DNA of 62,903 nt, counting the filler, from Octopus bimaculoides (lineage: Eukaryota), in NCBI RefSeq assembly GCF_001194135.2. It is 4 parts of 4 records of this genome, joined end to end, with 100 filler letters (N's around TTAATTAATTAA, not from the genome) between each part and the next. Parts side by side here need not be neighbours in the genome. Positions count along the whole stretch, not along the records: positions 11,370 to 37,933 come from NC_068990.1; 3 more parts are not named here. One strand, given 5' to 3'. Of the stretch, positions 12,490-24,610 are shown in pieces. The first letter of the stretch is position 1, and every line of letters starts with the position of its first letter. A model generated the notes under the pieces. The model ran no database searches. It worked only from the letters and a program-made list of their open reading frames with translations, and was not told the DNA's origin. The translations under genes and the position numbers were made by a program.

Positions 12490-13552
12490 CTATGAAAATT
12501 ACCTTTAAACAAAGGGAAATTACTGTATAATTGACCGTTATTAAGACAAAAGAGCAATTAGAATGACCGCTAAGTGAGGGGAGGGAGTAAAAGTAAGGGA
12601 GTAAAAATGTCCATAGTATTCGCGTAAGTGCACCAGTCCATACATACACATGCGCGCCCGCATAACAACGTACATGCGCCTATATGTATATACTCATCCA
12701 CCCTCACTTGAAACACACACATGCTCACTCACACATTCGCCAAAAAATATATATGTACCCGCATACACGCTCATACACACACACACGCGCGCAAGAAAGG
12801 TTCATACACACGTCTATATACGCACATGCACAAGAAAAAACAGGGCTAAAGGCAAAATACAGAAAAAAATGTAAAAAGGTGTAAAAATGCCATTAGGGTA
12901 AAACACGTCTATATGCGCACATTCACGCATGCATGCACGCACACACGTACCCGCACACACGCACACATCCTCACATTACATATTTATAGAGATATTGTTT
13001 TATAGGTTTATCGCTCATATATCTTTCACACATATTTTTTCTGTATTCTACCTTCCACCTTGTTTTTTCCTGTGTGTATATAGACGTGTACATGGAACCT
13101 TTTGGGACTCTCCATTATTGCTGTCGCATGTTTTGCTTGCATTTGTTCTACGATATCGTTGGAAGAAACGCAACATCTCTAATGAATGACATTTGGAACT
13201 TAAGAGAGAGAAAGTTATAAATACAAAACCGATCAATAAAAAGTGACACTTGTTCGAAGAATGGTTTTGGATCACGCTGCTTTGAACCAAAGAATAATAT
13301 GGAAGTATGCAACAAAATGTCATCAGTGATGACGATACATCATTTGACGAAGGACGATTAGGGACTACTGTGATTAGGAAGTACTACTTTCTTATGAGGT
13401 ACAGAGGGGGAAGAATACACTCTGAGGTGAAGTTCAATGAGTGTGGAGATGACATCTTTATCCGAATTACTGATAGGGAATGTCTTATGTGATCGATTTG
13501 TATGACAAAGAAACCGGAAGTCAAGTTTAAACCTTTACTGGTAAAGCATTAA

Positions 13553-13557
<5 letters not shown>

Positions 13558-13620
<63 letters not shown>
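13558..13620. repeat. (GT)n microsatellite
   Basis: Direct. Confidence 0.95.
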
Positions 13621-13622
<2 letters not shown>

Positions 13623-13696
13623 TTAATATAGAAATATGTGAGACAATAGGTGTGGACATATTAATAAAATAACGGAGAATGTGTAGAGCTGTAAAG

Positions 13697-13906
13697 CCTT
13701 TAATCCGGTCATATCCGGCACAAATATTTTCCCTGTTTCATGTTCAAACTGACCATATCCAGCCTTTCACACCTACCCTACAATTTCATTCTGAAAATGT
13801 ATAAACGCACCCTTGAAATCTTAAAGGTACAAGATAATGCGTGATTAATTCAAAATAATGTGAATAAATAAGCAGAACATTTGACAAAGAACGCAAAATT
13901 AGGGTT
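13697..13906. mobile_element. Probable piggyBac-like MITE (degenerate)
   Basis: Right end ...tagggTTAA; left end decayed (ttaatcc); about 210 bp of non-coding interior. Confidence 0.4.
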
Positions 13907-14315
13907 AAAACTGTTGATGACGGCTTTTGTAATGAGAATTAGAAAGTAACGTTGATATGAAGGTTTGAATGTTTTGAATCTGTGACATGATGCGGGCGTG
14001 TCGTTTTACTCTGGAAAAAACGATATATGGTGGGTGTGCTATATTTATGCGTGTGGCTGTTATGCATGAGTGAAAGGAGGCGTGAAACTCCCCACCCTCT
14101 GTATTTCTGCACTATAACACAATTTAACATAAAGTGGGCGTGGAATGTATAAAATGCAGTAGAAATGCTCGGTGACGTCATTGGAACGAGAAAAAGCATT
14201 CACACGGAGAGCTTTCAATCAAACAGTTGGTGGGTGTGTATCAAAATATTGATATGCCTCTTAAACCAGCGTCATGTCGATACATCGGAAAATGCATCAA
14301 CATATAACGGAGTAC

Positions 14316-14347
<32 letters not shown>

Positions 14348-14402
14348 CAGGTTGTAGCTGTATACATCTATCTATCTATCAATCTCTCTCTTTCTCTCTC
14401 TG

Positions 14403-14436
<34 letters not shown>

Positions 14437-14440
<4 letters not shown>

Positions 14441-15022
14441 TTTATTCGTTTCAGCCATGCGGCGGCTGTCATGCTGGAGCACCACCGTGATCTTTCTGAT
14501 TTCCTCAATCTGGGCGCTTCACATCACTACTCCTATATGTGTCTTTGTCTCAGCTGTTGGCCCATTTGGTGTATGAGGGAGTTTGATTCCGCTGCCCTCG
14601 TCTGTACCTCATGCAGGGCTGTTGGTTCATCCGGTATTGTGGAGAAGGAGGATGTCTAGTTCCTTTGTAAAGACATCTACTTCCACCTTTATGCAGATTT
14701 CTTAATCTTTTAGCAGGGCATTGAAGTGTTGTGGTCCTTTGAACCCTAGACTATTGCGGCATCTGGTCCTGAATTTAAATGAAGTGGATGGTACCTTTAG
14801 TACAATACAATGGTGGCCAGTACTAGCATTTGTATAACAAACAATGCCGAAATTAGGTAGTAGACCCTCTAAAGTTTTCAATTTGTAGATTATTGCATAT
14901 CACCTCTCACGCCTTCGCTCCATGGAGTGAAGTTGCAGTTTTCCTCTAACTTATCTGCTGCTGCACTGTTTCAATCTTTTTAGTGGCGTTGGACTGCCTC
15001 AAGCTCCGCTCTTAGTTTGGCA

Positions 15023-15025
<3 letters not shown>
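14437..15025 (-). mobile_element. CR1-clade LINE 3' end, frameshifted
   Basis: LEAVQR...LEGLLPNFGI...RTRCRNSLGFKGP...PDEPT, ending in gtgctccagcatg...ctgaaacgaataaaaga; homologous to 16240-17336. Confidence 0.8.
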
Positions 15026-15055
<30 letters not shown>

Positions 15056-15994
15056 NNNNNNNNNNNNNNNNNNNNNNNNNNNNNNNNNNNNNNNNNNNNN
15101 NNNNNNNNNNNNNNNNNNNNNNNNNNNNNNNNNNNNNNNNNNNNNNNNNNNNNNNNNNNNNNNNNNNNNNNNNNNNNNNNNNNNNNNNNNNNNNNNNNNN
15201 NNNNNNNNNNNNNNNNNNNNNNNNNNNNNNNNNNNNNNNNNNNNNNNNNNNNNNNNNNNNNNNNNNNNNNNNNNNNNNNNNNNNNNNNNNNNNNNNNNNN
15301 NNNNNNNNNNNNNNNNNNNNNNNNNNNNNNNNNNNNNNNNNNNNNNNNNNNNNNNNNNNNNNNNNNNNNNNNNNNNNNNNNNNNNNNNNNNNNNNNNNNN
15401 NNNNNNNNNNNNNNNNNNNNNNNNNNNNNNNNNNNNNNNNNNNNNNNNNNNNNNNNNNNNNNNNNNNNNNNNNNNNNNNNNNNNNNNNNNNNNNNNNNNN
15501 NNNNNNNNNNNNNNNNNNNNNNNNNNNNNNNNNNNNNNNNNNNNNNNNNNNNNNNNNNNNNNNNNNNNNNNNNNNNNNNNNNNNNNNNNNNNNNNNNNNN
15601 NNNNNNNNNNNNNNNNNNNNNNNNNNNNNNNNNNNNNNNNNNNNNNNNNNNNNNNNNNNNNNNNNNNNNNNNNNNNNNNNNNNNNNNNNNNNNNNNNNNN
15701 NNNNNNNNNNNNNNNNNNNNNNNNNNNNNNNNNNNNNNNNNNNNNNNNNNNNNNNNNNNNNNNNNNNNNNNNNNNNNNNNNNNNNNNNNNNNNNNNNNNN
15801 NNNNNNNNNNNNNNNNNNNNNNNNNNNNNNNNNNNNNNNNNNNNNNNNNNNNNNNNNNNNNNNNNNNNNNNNNNNNNNNNNNNNNNNNNNNNNNNNNNNN
15901 NNNNNNNNNNNNNNNNNNNNNNNNNNNNNNNNNNNNNNNNNNNNNNNNNNNNNNNNNNNNNNNNNNNNNNNNNNNNNNNNNNNNNNNNNNNNNN

Positions 15995-16152
15995 GTGTGC
16001 TTACGTCCCCGTAACTAGCGGCTCGGCAAAAGAGACCGATAGAATAAGTACTAGGCTCACAAAGAATAACTCGTGGGGTCAATTTCCTCGACTAAAGGCG
16101 GTGCTCCAGCATGGCCGCAGTCAAATGACTGAAACAAGTAAAAGAATAAAAG
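15995..16152 (+). mobile_element. SINE family A, 3' half
   Basis: tacgtccccgtaac-tagcggctcggcaaaagagaccgatag...ggcggtgctccagcatggccgcagtcaaatgactgaaacaagtaaaagaata. Confidence 0.85.
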
Positions 16153-16239
16153 AATATATTTATATATAGATATAGATATAGATATAGACAGACACACACA
16201 CACATACATGGCTTCATGACTTTCTGAAGGATAGAAGTC

Positions 16240-17336
16240 AGGTAGTAGTAGCCAATAGGACCACCTCCAATGACACGCAAATAGTGAGTGGTGTTCCGCA
16301 AGGCACTGTTTTGGGACCACTACTGTTCATAATTGCCCTCTCAGACATGCCCTCAGCCACACAGAGAGACACGATCACAAGTTATGCAGATGATACAAAA
16401 GTCTCACAGATAATACAGAATCCTGAAGACACTATGCATCTGCAATGTGAGCTGGATAAAATATACAAGTGGGCTGAAAAGAATAGCATGCAATTTAACG
16501 CTGAAAAGTCTCAAGCCTTGTGCTATCAGCATGCAAAACTAAATGCAATACCCATTAAATACACTGGACCTGGAGGGATTGCAATCCCAGAGGCACAGTC
16601 TGTGCGAGACCGGGGCATTTACATGAGTAATGATGCATCCTTTCATTGCATGCTGCTAAATTGGCAATGAAATGCAGGCGGCTGACCGGATGGATTCTAA
16701 GAACTTTTAGAACAAGAGATCAGGAAACTATGATGGTCCTCTGGAGGACACTTGTTCTGAGCCACTTTAACTATTGCTTTCAGCTATGGTCACCAACCAG
16801 TGTCAAATTAATCTCAGAACTTGAGGCAATCCAACGAAGCTACACGATGAAGATAGCCATTATGCAGCATATAAGCTATTGGGAAAGACTCAAGAGATTA
16901 AGACTCTATTCCTGAGAGTGTAGGTGAGAAAGATATACCATAATATACATCTGGAAGATTCTCGAAGGACTTGTCTCAAACTTTGGCATCGAAAGTTACA
17001 CAAATACTAGAACTGGGCGCCACTGCATAGTGCCAAGGACTCCAAATTTGCCTGACAAGATACTGCAATAGCCTGGGCTTCAGAGGTCCACAGCTCTTCA
17101 ATATCCTCCCGAATGACCTGAGAGACCTGCACGGAGTGGATGTAGGTATCTTCAAACTAAAACTGGACTTCTTCCTGTCAAGTGTCCCAGATGAACCAAC
17201 TTCGCAGCAGGAGGTGCAGATGAGGGCTGCTGCATCAAACTCTCTCATGCACCAAATGTCAATTCCTGAAAAGCATTCGTGAAGTAAAATTATGTAGCAA
17301 CACCAAATGGCGGGGCCCCAGCATGGCCACAGCTCA
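16240..17336 (+). mobile_element. 5'-truncated CR1-clade LINE (RT C-terminal half, pseudogenised)
   Basis: SGVPQGTVLGPLLF, YADDTK, W..NSMQFNAEK, LEAIQR, YWERLKRLRLYS, NSLGFRGPQLFNILP motifs, with frameshifts and stops. Confidence 0.92.
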
Positions 17337-17464
17337 TGAGCTGTGGCCATGCTGGGGCCCCGCCATTTGGTGTTGCTACATAATTTTACTTCACGAATGC
17401 TTTTCAGGAATTGACATTTGGTGCATGAGAGAGTTTGATGCAGCAGCCCTCATCTGCACCTCCT
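17209..17464. repeat. Perfect 256-bp palindrome with no spacer, running into an N gap
   Basis: Centre agctca|tgagct at 17336/17337; 128-bp arms appear identical by eye. Confidence 0.93.
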
Positions 17465-17908
17465 NNNNNNNNNNNNNNNNNNNNNNNNNNNNNNNNNNNN
17501 NNNNNNNNNNNNNNNNNNNNNNNNNNNNNNNNNNNNNNNNNNNNNNNNNNNNNNNNNNNNNNNNNNNNNNNNNNNNNNNNNNNNNNNNNNNNNNNNNNNN
17601 NNNNNNNNNNNNNNNNNNNNNNNNNNNNNNNNNNNNNNNNNNNNNNNNNNNNNNNNNNNNNNNNNNNNNNNNATATATATATATATATACCTACATGTAT
17701 AGAGATATATACACATGTATACACATGTATATAAAGATGCACATATGTACATATGTACACGCATACACACATACATACATATGCATATATTCACATAGAC
17801 ACAATTATATATGTCTGTGTCCGTTTACATAAATATATATATATATCATTCACTCTATCATACATACATACATACATACATACATACATACATACATANN
17901 NNNNNNNN

Positions 17909-18196
17909 ACTCGACTGCTCTCACAAACGAGAATGCTAAAAATGAACCCGACCGCTCTCAGAAATTAAGTAAAAACACAGGAAAAATAATCCAGAATCCT
18001 TGTCCGGTATCGGATCGATCTCAAAATCTAATCAGTTCGTGCCAGTCATGATTCCAAACATCCCTGAAAGTTTCATCCGAATCCATCCAGCGGTTCTTGA
18101 GATATCTTGTCCAAGGATAAACAAGCAAACAAACTCAACTGAGAGGATTATTATTATTATTATTATTACCTCTGCCTTCGCTCAGGCGGAGATAAT
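17909..18196 (+). mobile_element. Probable Helentron-associated non-autonomous element (HINE/DINE-1-like)
   Basis: ggatcgatctcaaaatctaatcagttc...tttcatccgaatccatccagcggttcttgagatatc body and terminal hairpin attacctctgcc-ttcgctca-ggcggagataat (18165-18196). Confidence 0.5.
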
Positions 18197-18205
18197 AATA
18201 ATAAT

Positions 18206-18418
18206 CCTTTCTACTATAGACACAAGGCCTGAAATTTGTGGGGAGGGGATGAGTCGATTACATCGACCCCAGTGTTCAAATGGTACTTATTTTATCGACC
18301 TTGAAAGGAATGAAAGGTAAAGTCGGCCTCGGCGGAATTTGAACTCAGAATGTAGTGACTGACGAAATACCGCTAAGCATTTTCCCCGGTGTGTAAACGA
18401 TTTTACCGGCTCGCCGCC
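18206..18418 (-). mobile_element. SINE family B, near full length
   Basis: Minus strand begins ggcggcgagccggtaaaatcg (tRNA-like head), B-box gagttcaaattcc, conserved core, tail ...tagtagaaagg(att)n. Confidence 0.9.
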
Positions 18419-18532
18419 GTAGTGAACAGCTAACACCGTAGTACATCTCCAGCAATAATAATAATAAAAATAATAATTATTATTATTATTGTTATTATTA
18501 TTAGATGTACCACAGTGACAGCTGTTCACTAC
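18419..18532. mobile_element. Two 30-35 bp 3' tails of RLE-LINE family B in opposite orientation around an AAT/ATT array
   Basis: gtgaacagctaacaccgtagtacatct (+, 18419-18453) and an imperfect reverse complement (18503-18532); both match the tail at 29340-29372. Confidence 0.65.
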
Positions 18533-18534
18533 CA

Positions 18535-18577
18535 GCGCTCGGTAGTGAAGTGAAAGCACGTTATAAAAATAAAACTA

Positions 18578-18580
<3 letters not shown>
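18535..18580 (+). mobile_element. 46-bp 3' tail of Dong-like family A
   Basis: gcgctcggtagtgaagtgaaagcacgttataaaaataaaactactg(aat)n, same as 19602-19647 and 28407-28452. Confidence 0.85.
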
Positions 18581-18642
<62 letters not shown>

Positions 18643-18648
<6 letters not shown>

Positions 18649-19647
18649 CTGGGCTAAACTAAATGCGAATGGCAAGAAAAGCCCCTACATGGTAAATACT
18701 GGGCTAAACTAAATGCGAAAGAAATNNNNNNNNNNNNNNNNNNNNNNNNNNNNNNNNNNNNNNNNNNNNNNNNNNNNNNNNNNNNNNNNNNNNNNNNNNN
18801 NNNNNNNNNNNNNNNNNNNNNNNNNNNNNNNNNNNNNNNNNNNNNNNNNNNNNNNNNNNNNNNNNNNNNNNNNNNNNNNNNNNNNNNNNNNNNNNNNNNN
18901 NNNNNNNNNNNNNNNNNNNNNNNNNNNNNNNNNNNNNNNNNNNNNNNNNNNNNNNNNNNNNNNNNNNNNNNNNNNNNNNNNNNNNNNNNNNNNNNNNNNN
19001 NNNNNNNNNNNNNNNNNNNNNNNNNNNNNNNNNNNNNNNNNNNNNNNNNNNNNNNNNNNNNNNNNNNNNNNNNNNNNNNNNNNNNNNNNNNNNNNNNNNN
19101 NNNNNNNNNNNNNNNNNNNNNNNNNNNNNNNNNNNNNNNNNNNNNNNNNNNNNNNNNNNNNNNNNNNNNNNNNNNNNNNNNNNNNNNNNNNNNNNNNNNN
19201 NNNNNNNNNNNNNNNNNNNNNNNNNNNNNNNNNNNNNNNNNNNNNNNNNNNNNNNNNNNNNNNNNNNNNNNNNNNNNNNNNNNNNNNNNNNNNNNNNNNN
19301 NNNNNNNNNNNNNNNNNNNNNNNNNNNNNNNNNNNNNNNNNNNNNNNNCAAAATACAAAGACCTGGAAATAGAGATAACTCGAATGTGGAATCTAAAAAC
19401 AGAAACAATTCCTATCATAGTAGGTGCCTTAGGTATAATAAAAAAATATTCAGACAAATACATAACAAAAATAGCAGGACTTACAAATATATATAACATA
19501 CAGAAAATTGCACTACTGGGTACTGCACACATCCTACGCAAAACACTTTCAATACAGTAAACATAAGAGCACCACAGCACATACCCAAGGCGCACAGAGC
19601 TGCGCTCGGTAGTGAAGTGAAAGCACGTTATAAAAATAAAACTACTG
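18643..19647 (+). mobile_element. R4/Dong-like RLE LINE family A, 5'-truncated, spanning an N gap
   Basis: Starts WQEKPLHGKYWAKLN, resumes KYKDLEIEITRMWNLK...IVGALG...LLGTAHILRKTLSIQ-stop; flanked by (AAT)n on both sides. Confidence 0.8.
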
Positions 19648-19687
19648 AATAATAATAATAATAATAATATCAATAATAATAATAAAA

Positions 19688-19915
19688 GCAATACCAAGCA
19701 GCGGCTCTCATCGCTTCTCATTTTAATTGATTGGAAGTGTTATCATGTACATTGTTTTGTCTTGATATAAAATATGGCCTACAGTAAATATTCTGTCAAT
19801 ACCATACGTTTGCTTGTCAGCTGCTTGACCAGTTGAATAAGCTGACGATTTGTGCATTTTTAATCACGAACAGAAGCAGTGGGGGAGCATCATAGCCATG
19901 TGTTGAGAGGTTTGG
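19688..19915 (-). repeat. Interspersed repeat family E (likely retroelement 3' end)
   Basis: Reverse-complement match to 36770-37010; both end in an (ATT)n tail. Confidence 0.7.
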
Positions 19916-19939
19916 AAACACGGAGGCTTCATTCAACAT

Positions 19940-20196
19940 CCTTAAACAATCCTTATTTCCTTATTCAGGGGCCTATGGGGCAGGATGGGCTACTCGACCT
20001 GAAGAAAATTCTAACTGGGCCTCACCCGCAAGGTGATACGCTATTTATCGTGATATTAAGTCACTATGTCACGCACATATGGTTGTGATGCACATACTTG
20101 GTGTACCCTTATCAGACGGGTAGTTATGATGGGTACACTTGGCTTCGTATATTTTACCCCAGTGTCACTTTGATGGCATGCACTGCTCTCTCACTC
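19940..20196 (+). mobile_element. Probable 3' UTR of another (AAT)n-tailed retroelement
   Basis: Complex sequence ending gctctctcactc directly into (aat/aac)n; no ORF. Confidence 0.45.
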
Positions 20197-20262
20197 AATA
20201 ATAACAACAACAAGAACAATAATAATAATAATGATGATAATAATAATAATAATAATAATAAC

Positions 20263-20632
20263 AAAGGCAAATAGACCAGATATAGTTGTCAAAGATCATG
20301 AAGAAAAAAAATGCTTTCTAAAAGAAATGGAAAACTTAAAAAATACAAAGACCTGGAAATAGAGGTAACTCGAATGTGGAATCTAAAAACAGAAACAATT
20401 CCTATCATAGTAGGTGCCTTAGGTATAATAAAAAAATATTCAGACAAATACATAACAAAAACACCAGGACTTACAAATATATATAACATACAGAAAATTG
20501 CACTACTGGGTACTGCACACATCCTACGCAAAACACTTTCAATACAGTAACCATAAGAGCATCACAGCAAACCACAGCACATACCCAAGGCACACAGAGC
20601 TGCGCTCGGTAGTGAAGTGAAAGCACGTTATA
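20263..20632 (+). mobile_element. Dong-like family A, second copy with internal deletion
   Basis: KANRPDIVVKDHEEKKCFL...KKYKDLEIEVTRMW...GTAHILRKTLSIQ (RPD..K-type RLE); preceded by (AAT)n. Confidence 0.88.
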
Positions 20633-21037
20633 GTTTATATATATATATATTCACTCAATTATATTGCATTGGAACTGTGCCCTGTGTCAGTCACCCGGTT
20701 GTAGAAAGTGCGACTAAAGCTTTGACTCCAAATAATAATTAAATAAGTGAAATTAACAGTTTCTGTGTGTTTTTGAACAACTAATATGTCTTTCCATAAT
20801 ACTCTTGAACTCATGAATTAATTTAGTACAATCTATATAATCGATACTAATTTATGATTGGTTCACATTTTATCGAACTTTGATAAAATTTGAACTGAAA
20901 AGACTTAAAAAGCACTTAAATAGTTACCGTAAAATTTAGTTTAACCATCAGCATTAACACCACAGGCCGACAAGAGAATCTGTACTTGGTATCGCGACCA
21001 GCTGCTAGCAGCAGTCTATTTCTCTCAAATCCGACCC

Positions 21038-21194
21038 GGGCGTTGCTGTGTGGAAAGAAGCATGCTTCCCAACCACATGGTTCTGGATTCAGTCCCACTG
21101 CGTGGCACCTTGGGAAAGTGTCTTCTGCTATAGCCTTGGACTGACTAAAACCTTGTGAGTGGATTTGGCAGACAGAAACTAAAAGCTCGTCGTG

Positions 21195-21262
<68 letters not shown>

Positions 21263-21562
21263 AGAGAGATAGAGACAGAGAGACAGACAGACAGACAGAC
21301 AAACATAGGTTTCTGTATGTGTGCGTGTGTGTGTGTGTGTGTGTGCCTTTGCCTCTGTGTTTGTCACCCAACACCGCTTGACAACCAGTATTGGAGTATT
21401 TACGAACCTTTAACCTAGTGATTCGGCAAAAGAGACCGATAGAATAAGTACCAAGCTTTAAAAAGATATGCACTAGAGTAGACTCATTGGACTAAAAGTT
21501 CTTCAAGGGGGTGCCCCAGCATGGCCGCAGTCTAACGACTGAAACAAGTAAAAGATAAAAGA
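21038..21562 (+). mobile_element. SINE family A, near full length, with internal (GA)n/(GT)n
   Basis: tRNA-like head (B-box ggattcagtccc), ccttgggaaagtgtcttc core, CR1-like tail. Confidence 0.9.
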
Positions 21563-22469
21563 CCCTGTTTTAAAAATCAAGACCCTATGGATGATGAAGT
21601 TGTGAAAGTAGTCTGTCCGGAATAAGATGCTGCCCAGGATTGGGAACCCTTTCAACTATTTGGTTTATTCTAGCAAAGCTGATTCGGAGCTAAACGACAT
21701 TTCCAATCTTATAAGATCGAAATAGCTTTAGGTTTCATACATCTTTATGTTTCAGTTTGTAGAAAGGATCTAAAATGTCCCGCAATTTCTTCATTGTCCA
21801 CGAATTTCCATTCCAGATATTTTAACAGCCTAATCTTTGTTATTCTAACCCGAACAAAACGTGGTTTCCCTCTCGATCCTTTAATACCTGAAGGACATTC
21901 ATTAAGTTTCATTTATCACAAATATGAAAAATCAAATGAATAGTTTGAGGTATAAAATGCTCGTAGTGGCTCCCAGGTTTTATGGTTTGGTAATAAACGA
22001 TTCACTAAAAGGAATCTGTCCTAATTACATTTGTACTACTTGTAATGTGTCTTAATTACACTTGCCTCAACAGTAGAAACGTAACGGGCTGCTAAACATC
22101 CATTAAAAGATGAAGAACCAAAACAAAAAAAAATTGAAAGGAAAATGAGAGGAGAGCAAACAAGTGAATTCGATTAATGAACGAATGGCGATTAGAGAAG
22201 ACGAGAAGTGAGTGTTGTTGAAGGAAGACACTCTCTAACCTCAATGGTTCATGGTACTTAATTGTTTAAATGTAAAGATGGTGAGTTTGAACAATATCAC
22301 AGCCAGTGGTGCTGGAAACCCAACAGTGTAGGTTCAATTCGTGAACAGGGAAATACTTAAAATAATTTGTAAGGCTAACGATATGAAGGTGGTTGGCATA
22401 AAATATTATATGGGTGAGTGATTTGATGGTCCTGGCGAGCAAGAGAAGAATAGGAACACAACAGCAATT

Positions 22470-22680
22470 ATCTCTTATTGTTAAACCCCAGGTCAGATAA
22501 GTTCAAGTTACCACTATATGTTTTCCACTTCCGATAGGCACGATTTCTTTTATAGATTAGATATCTCTCTAGCGTTACATTAACCGATGTGTACTTCTTT
22601 AATTTTTAAGACGGTAGCATATGATCTGATGGAAATTAGGCAGTTATTTCTAGCGCGTGCAGTGACCACGTAGTTTATCC
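22470..22680 (-). repeat. Interspersed repeat family G ((AAC)n-tailed)
   Basis: Reverse match to ctagaaata(a/g)c...gacctggggttaaacaac at 24880-25105. Confidence 0.55.
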
Positions 22681-24610
22681 TTTTTTTCTTTGCATTGTCT
22701 CTTGCAGTTATTACTACATCAAAGTGACAAACAAAAGTGGGAATGTAATTGTCGTGAGTTCAATCGCACTGGGATCACGTAATTACTGGCGGCGCATTTC
22801 ACATGGAAAATTAAAAATTACTGGAACACATCGCATTGAAAATTTTTAAATGGTTTAAAAATTGCTGAAGCAAGTAGGGGAAAGTGTTAAAATAAATATT
22901 TAAAAAATTAAGTTTTAAAATTTAAAATTAGCGGAAATATATATAAATAAAAAAGCCCTATTGTTTACCTTGTTTTCTTAATTATTTTTGTCTAATAAAT
23001 TTATGAAGAACATCTTTACAGGTTTTAATGTGTAAATAAATTTTCTAAAACCGAAAGTTATATTTTTAAAATCTGTGCCGCTCTTCGATACCCTGGTGAG
23101 GCACCCGTTCCCTAGATATCCTTTGTCTTTCGTTCTTCGCAGTGATAATTGTTTTAAAGTAAAACCTAATGACAGTAGTATCAAACGTACTAACAGTAGC
23201 AACACTAACTCCAAAGACAATAGAAGCAATCCTTGAAACAGAAGAAGAAATAACAACAAATGTAGATGTTCCTTAATGACGGAGTTGTGTAACTGAAGGC
23301 GAAGGTTCAATACTCTGTCGCTCTCTTTCAAATATCCAGTCATGTATTGAAAGTTAAATGTCCAAGAGGAGATTGATAACATAACATTTTGGTTAATCTC
23401 TGCAACATAAGTCACAGTAAGTTCTTGTTGAGCTTTGGCATTGGTTAAACTCTAGAACTCATTAAATGTAGGAATTGATGTCTGAAATGTGTTAAGTTTT
23501 TGGTTAAAATCTATTAAATGCAGAAATATTTATGCTTGTCGTAACATGAAAAATATAGATTGAGCAAAAGTGAATCACTGAGAATAGCATAAATTATATC
23601 GAGTGTGAAATAAACAGAATATCATACTGTGATATAAATATAATATCAACTTTATAAATGTTAATTTAAATCAGACTTGATATGAAATTCGGATAAGAAG
23701 AATAAGAACACTTAAATAAAACGCATATTTATGGAGAGGAGATGATAAGGTGAATTGATATTTCGTCTCGGGCGAAATATTTGCCAGTCTTTGTTCATAT
23801 TCCTATTCTGTGTTCAAATACCGCTCAGGTAGACATTATCTTTCATCTTTCAAGGGACAATAAAAGAAAGCATTGTATGGGATTCGTACAATTAGTGGTG
23901 CGTCGGACGAAATGCTTTGCTGTGTTTGTTCTGAGTTCACCTGAAACGGTTTCGGTGCCAACCTGGATCGAATTTTAACCTTGGACAGCTTCATTTGTAA
24001 GGAGAGTGAAAACTTGATGTCTCATAGCAAATCTTTCTCCGTTTTGTGTCCTAGAGACAGAATTTCTTGGAGCCGATTCAAGATCAAACTTAATCGATAA
24101 ACACATTTATTTATTTATTTATTTATTAAAGTCTAGAATTTTTTATCTGAAAGTACGATTTATCGTAGTTTTCAAGTTGAAGATTCTCTCCAAGTATTTT
24201 AAAGTGACACTAAAACCTCTGTGACTGTTAACTGCGGTAGATTGGGGTGGAATTTATTCAGGGTGGAACTTATCTCTCTCTCCTCTCATCTTAGCAGTGG
24301 AGCGCCAGAAAAGTGACATGTATGGCCCATTTGACTGCAGCAGAAAACACTTCAATGTAAATAATTCCAAGAAAACCAAAACAGTTTAACGGATTTGCTG
24401 TCTTGAAATATCACAGAGAATCAATCGTGTTTTGTTGGTTTCAATACAGACTCAACTTTTCCAGTCGGAAGAATACTCCTCTGTCTTAAATCTGTTGCAG
24501 GAAGAGTGTTTAACAACAGAATAACCTTTCAAAATTCTTAAACACATTTATTTCTTATTTTATTCATTGAGGAATAGAGAGGATAGTTAGGAACAACACA
24601 ATCACAAGCA

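Noticed and set aside
13180-13540. Protein-like fragments (IWNLRER; GGRIHSEVKFNECGDD)
   Set aside because: Multiple stops; possibly an old L1/Tx1 ORF2 end but too weak to call.
21038-21130. tRNA-like heads (also 18418, 29757, 40097, 62715) as tRNA genes
   Set aside because: A/B-box remnants lack a full cloverleaf and continue into SINE bodies.
22978-23415. 145-aa minus ORF with a long leucine-rich stretch
   Set aside because: No supporting splice or start context, overlapping frames are similarly open, and I recognise no motif; cannot distinguish from a decayed repeat.
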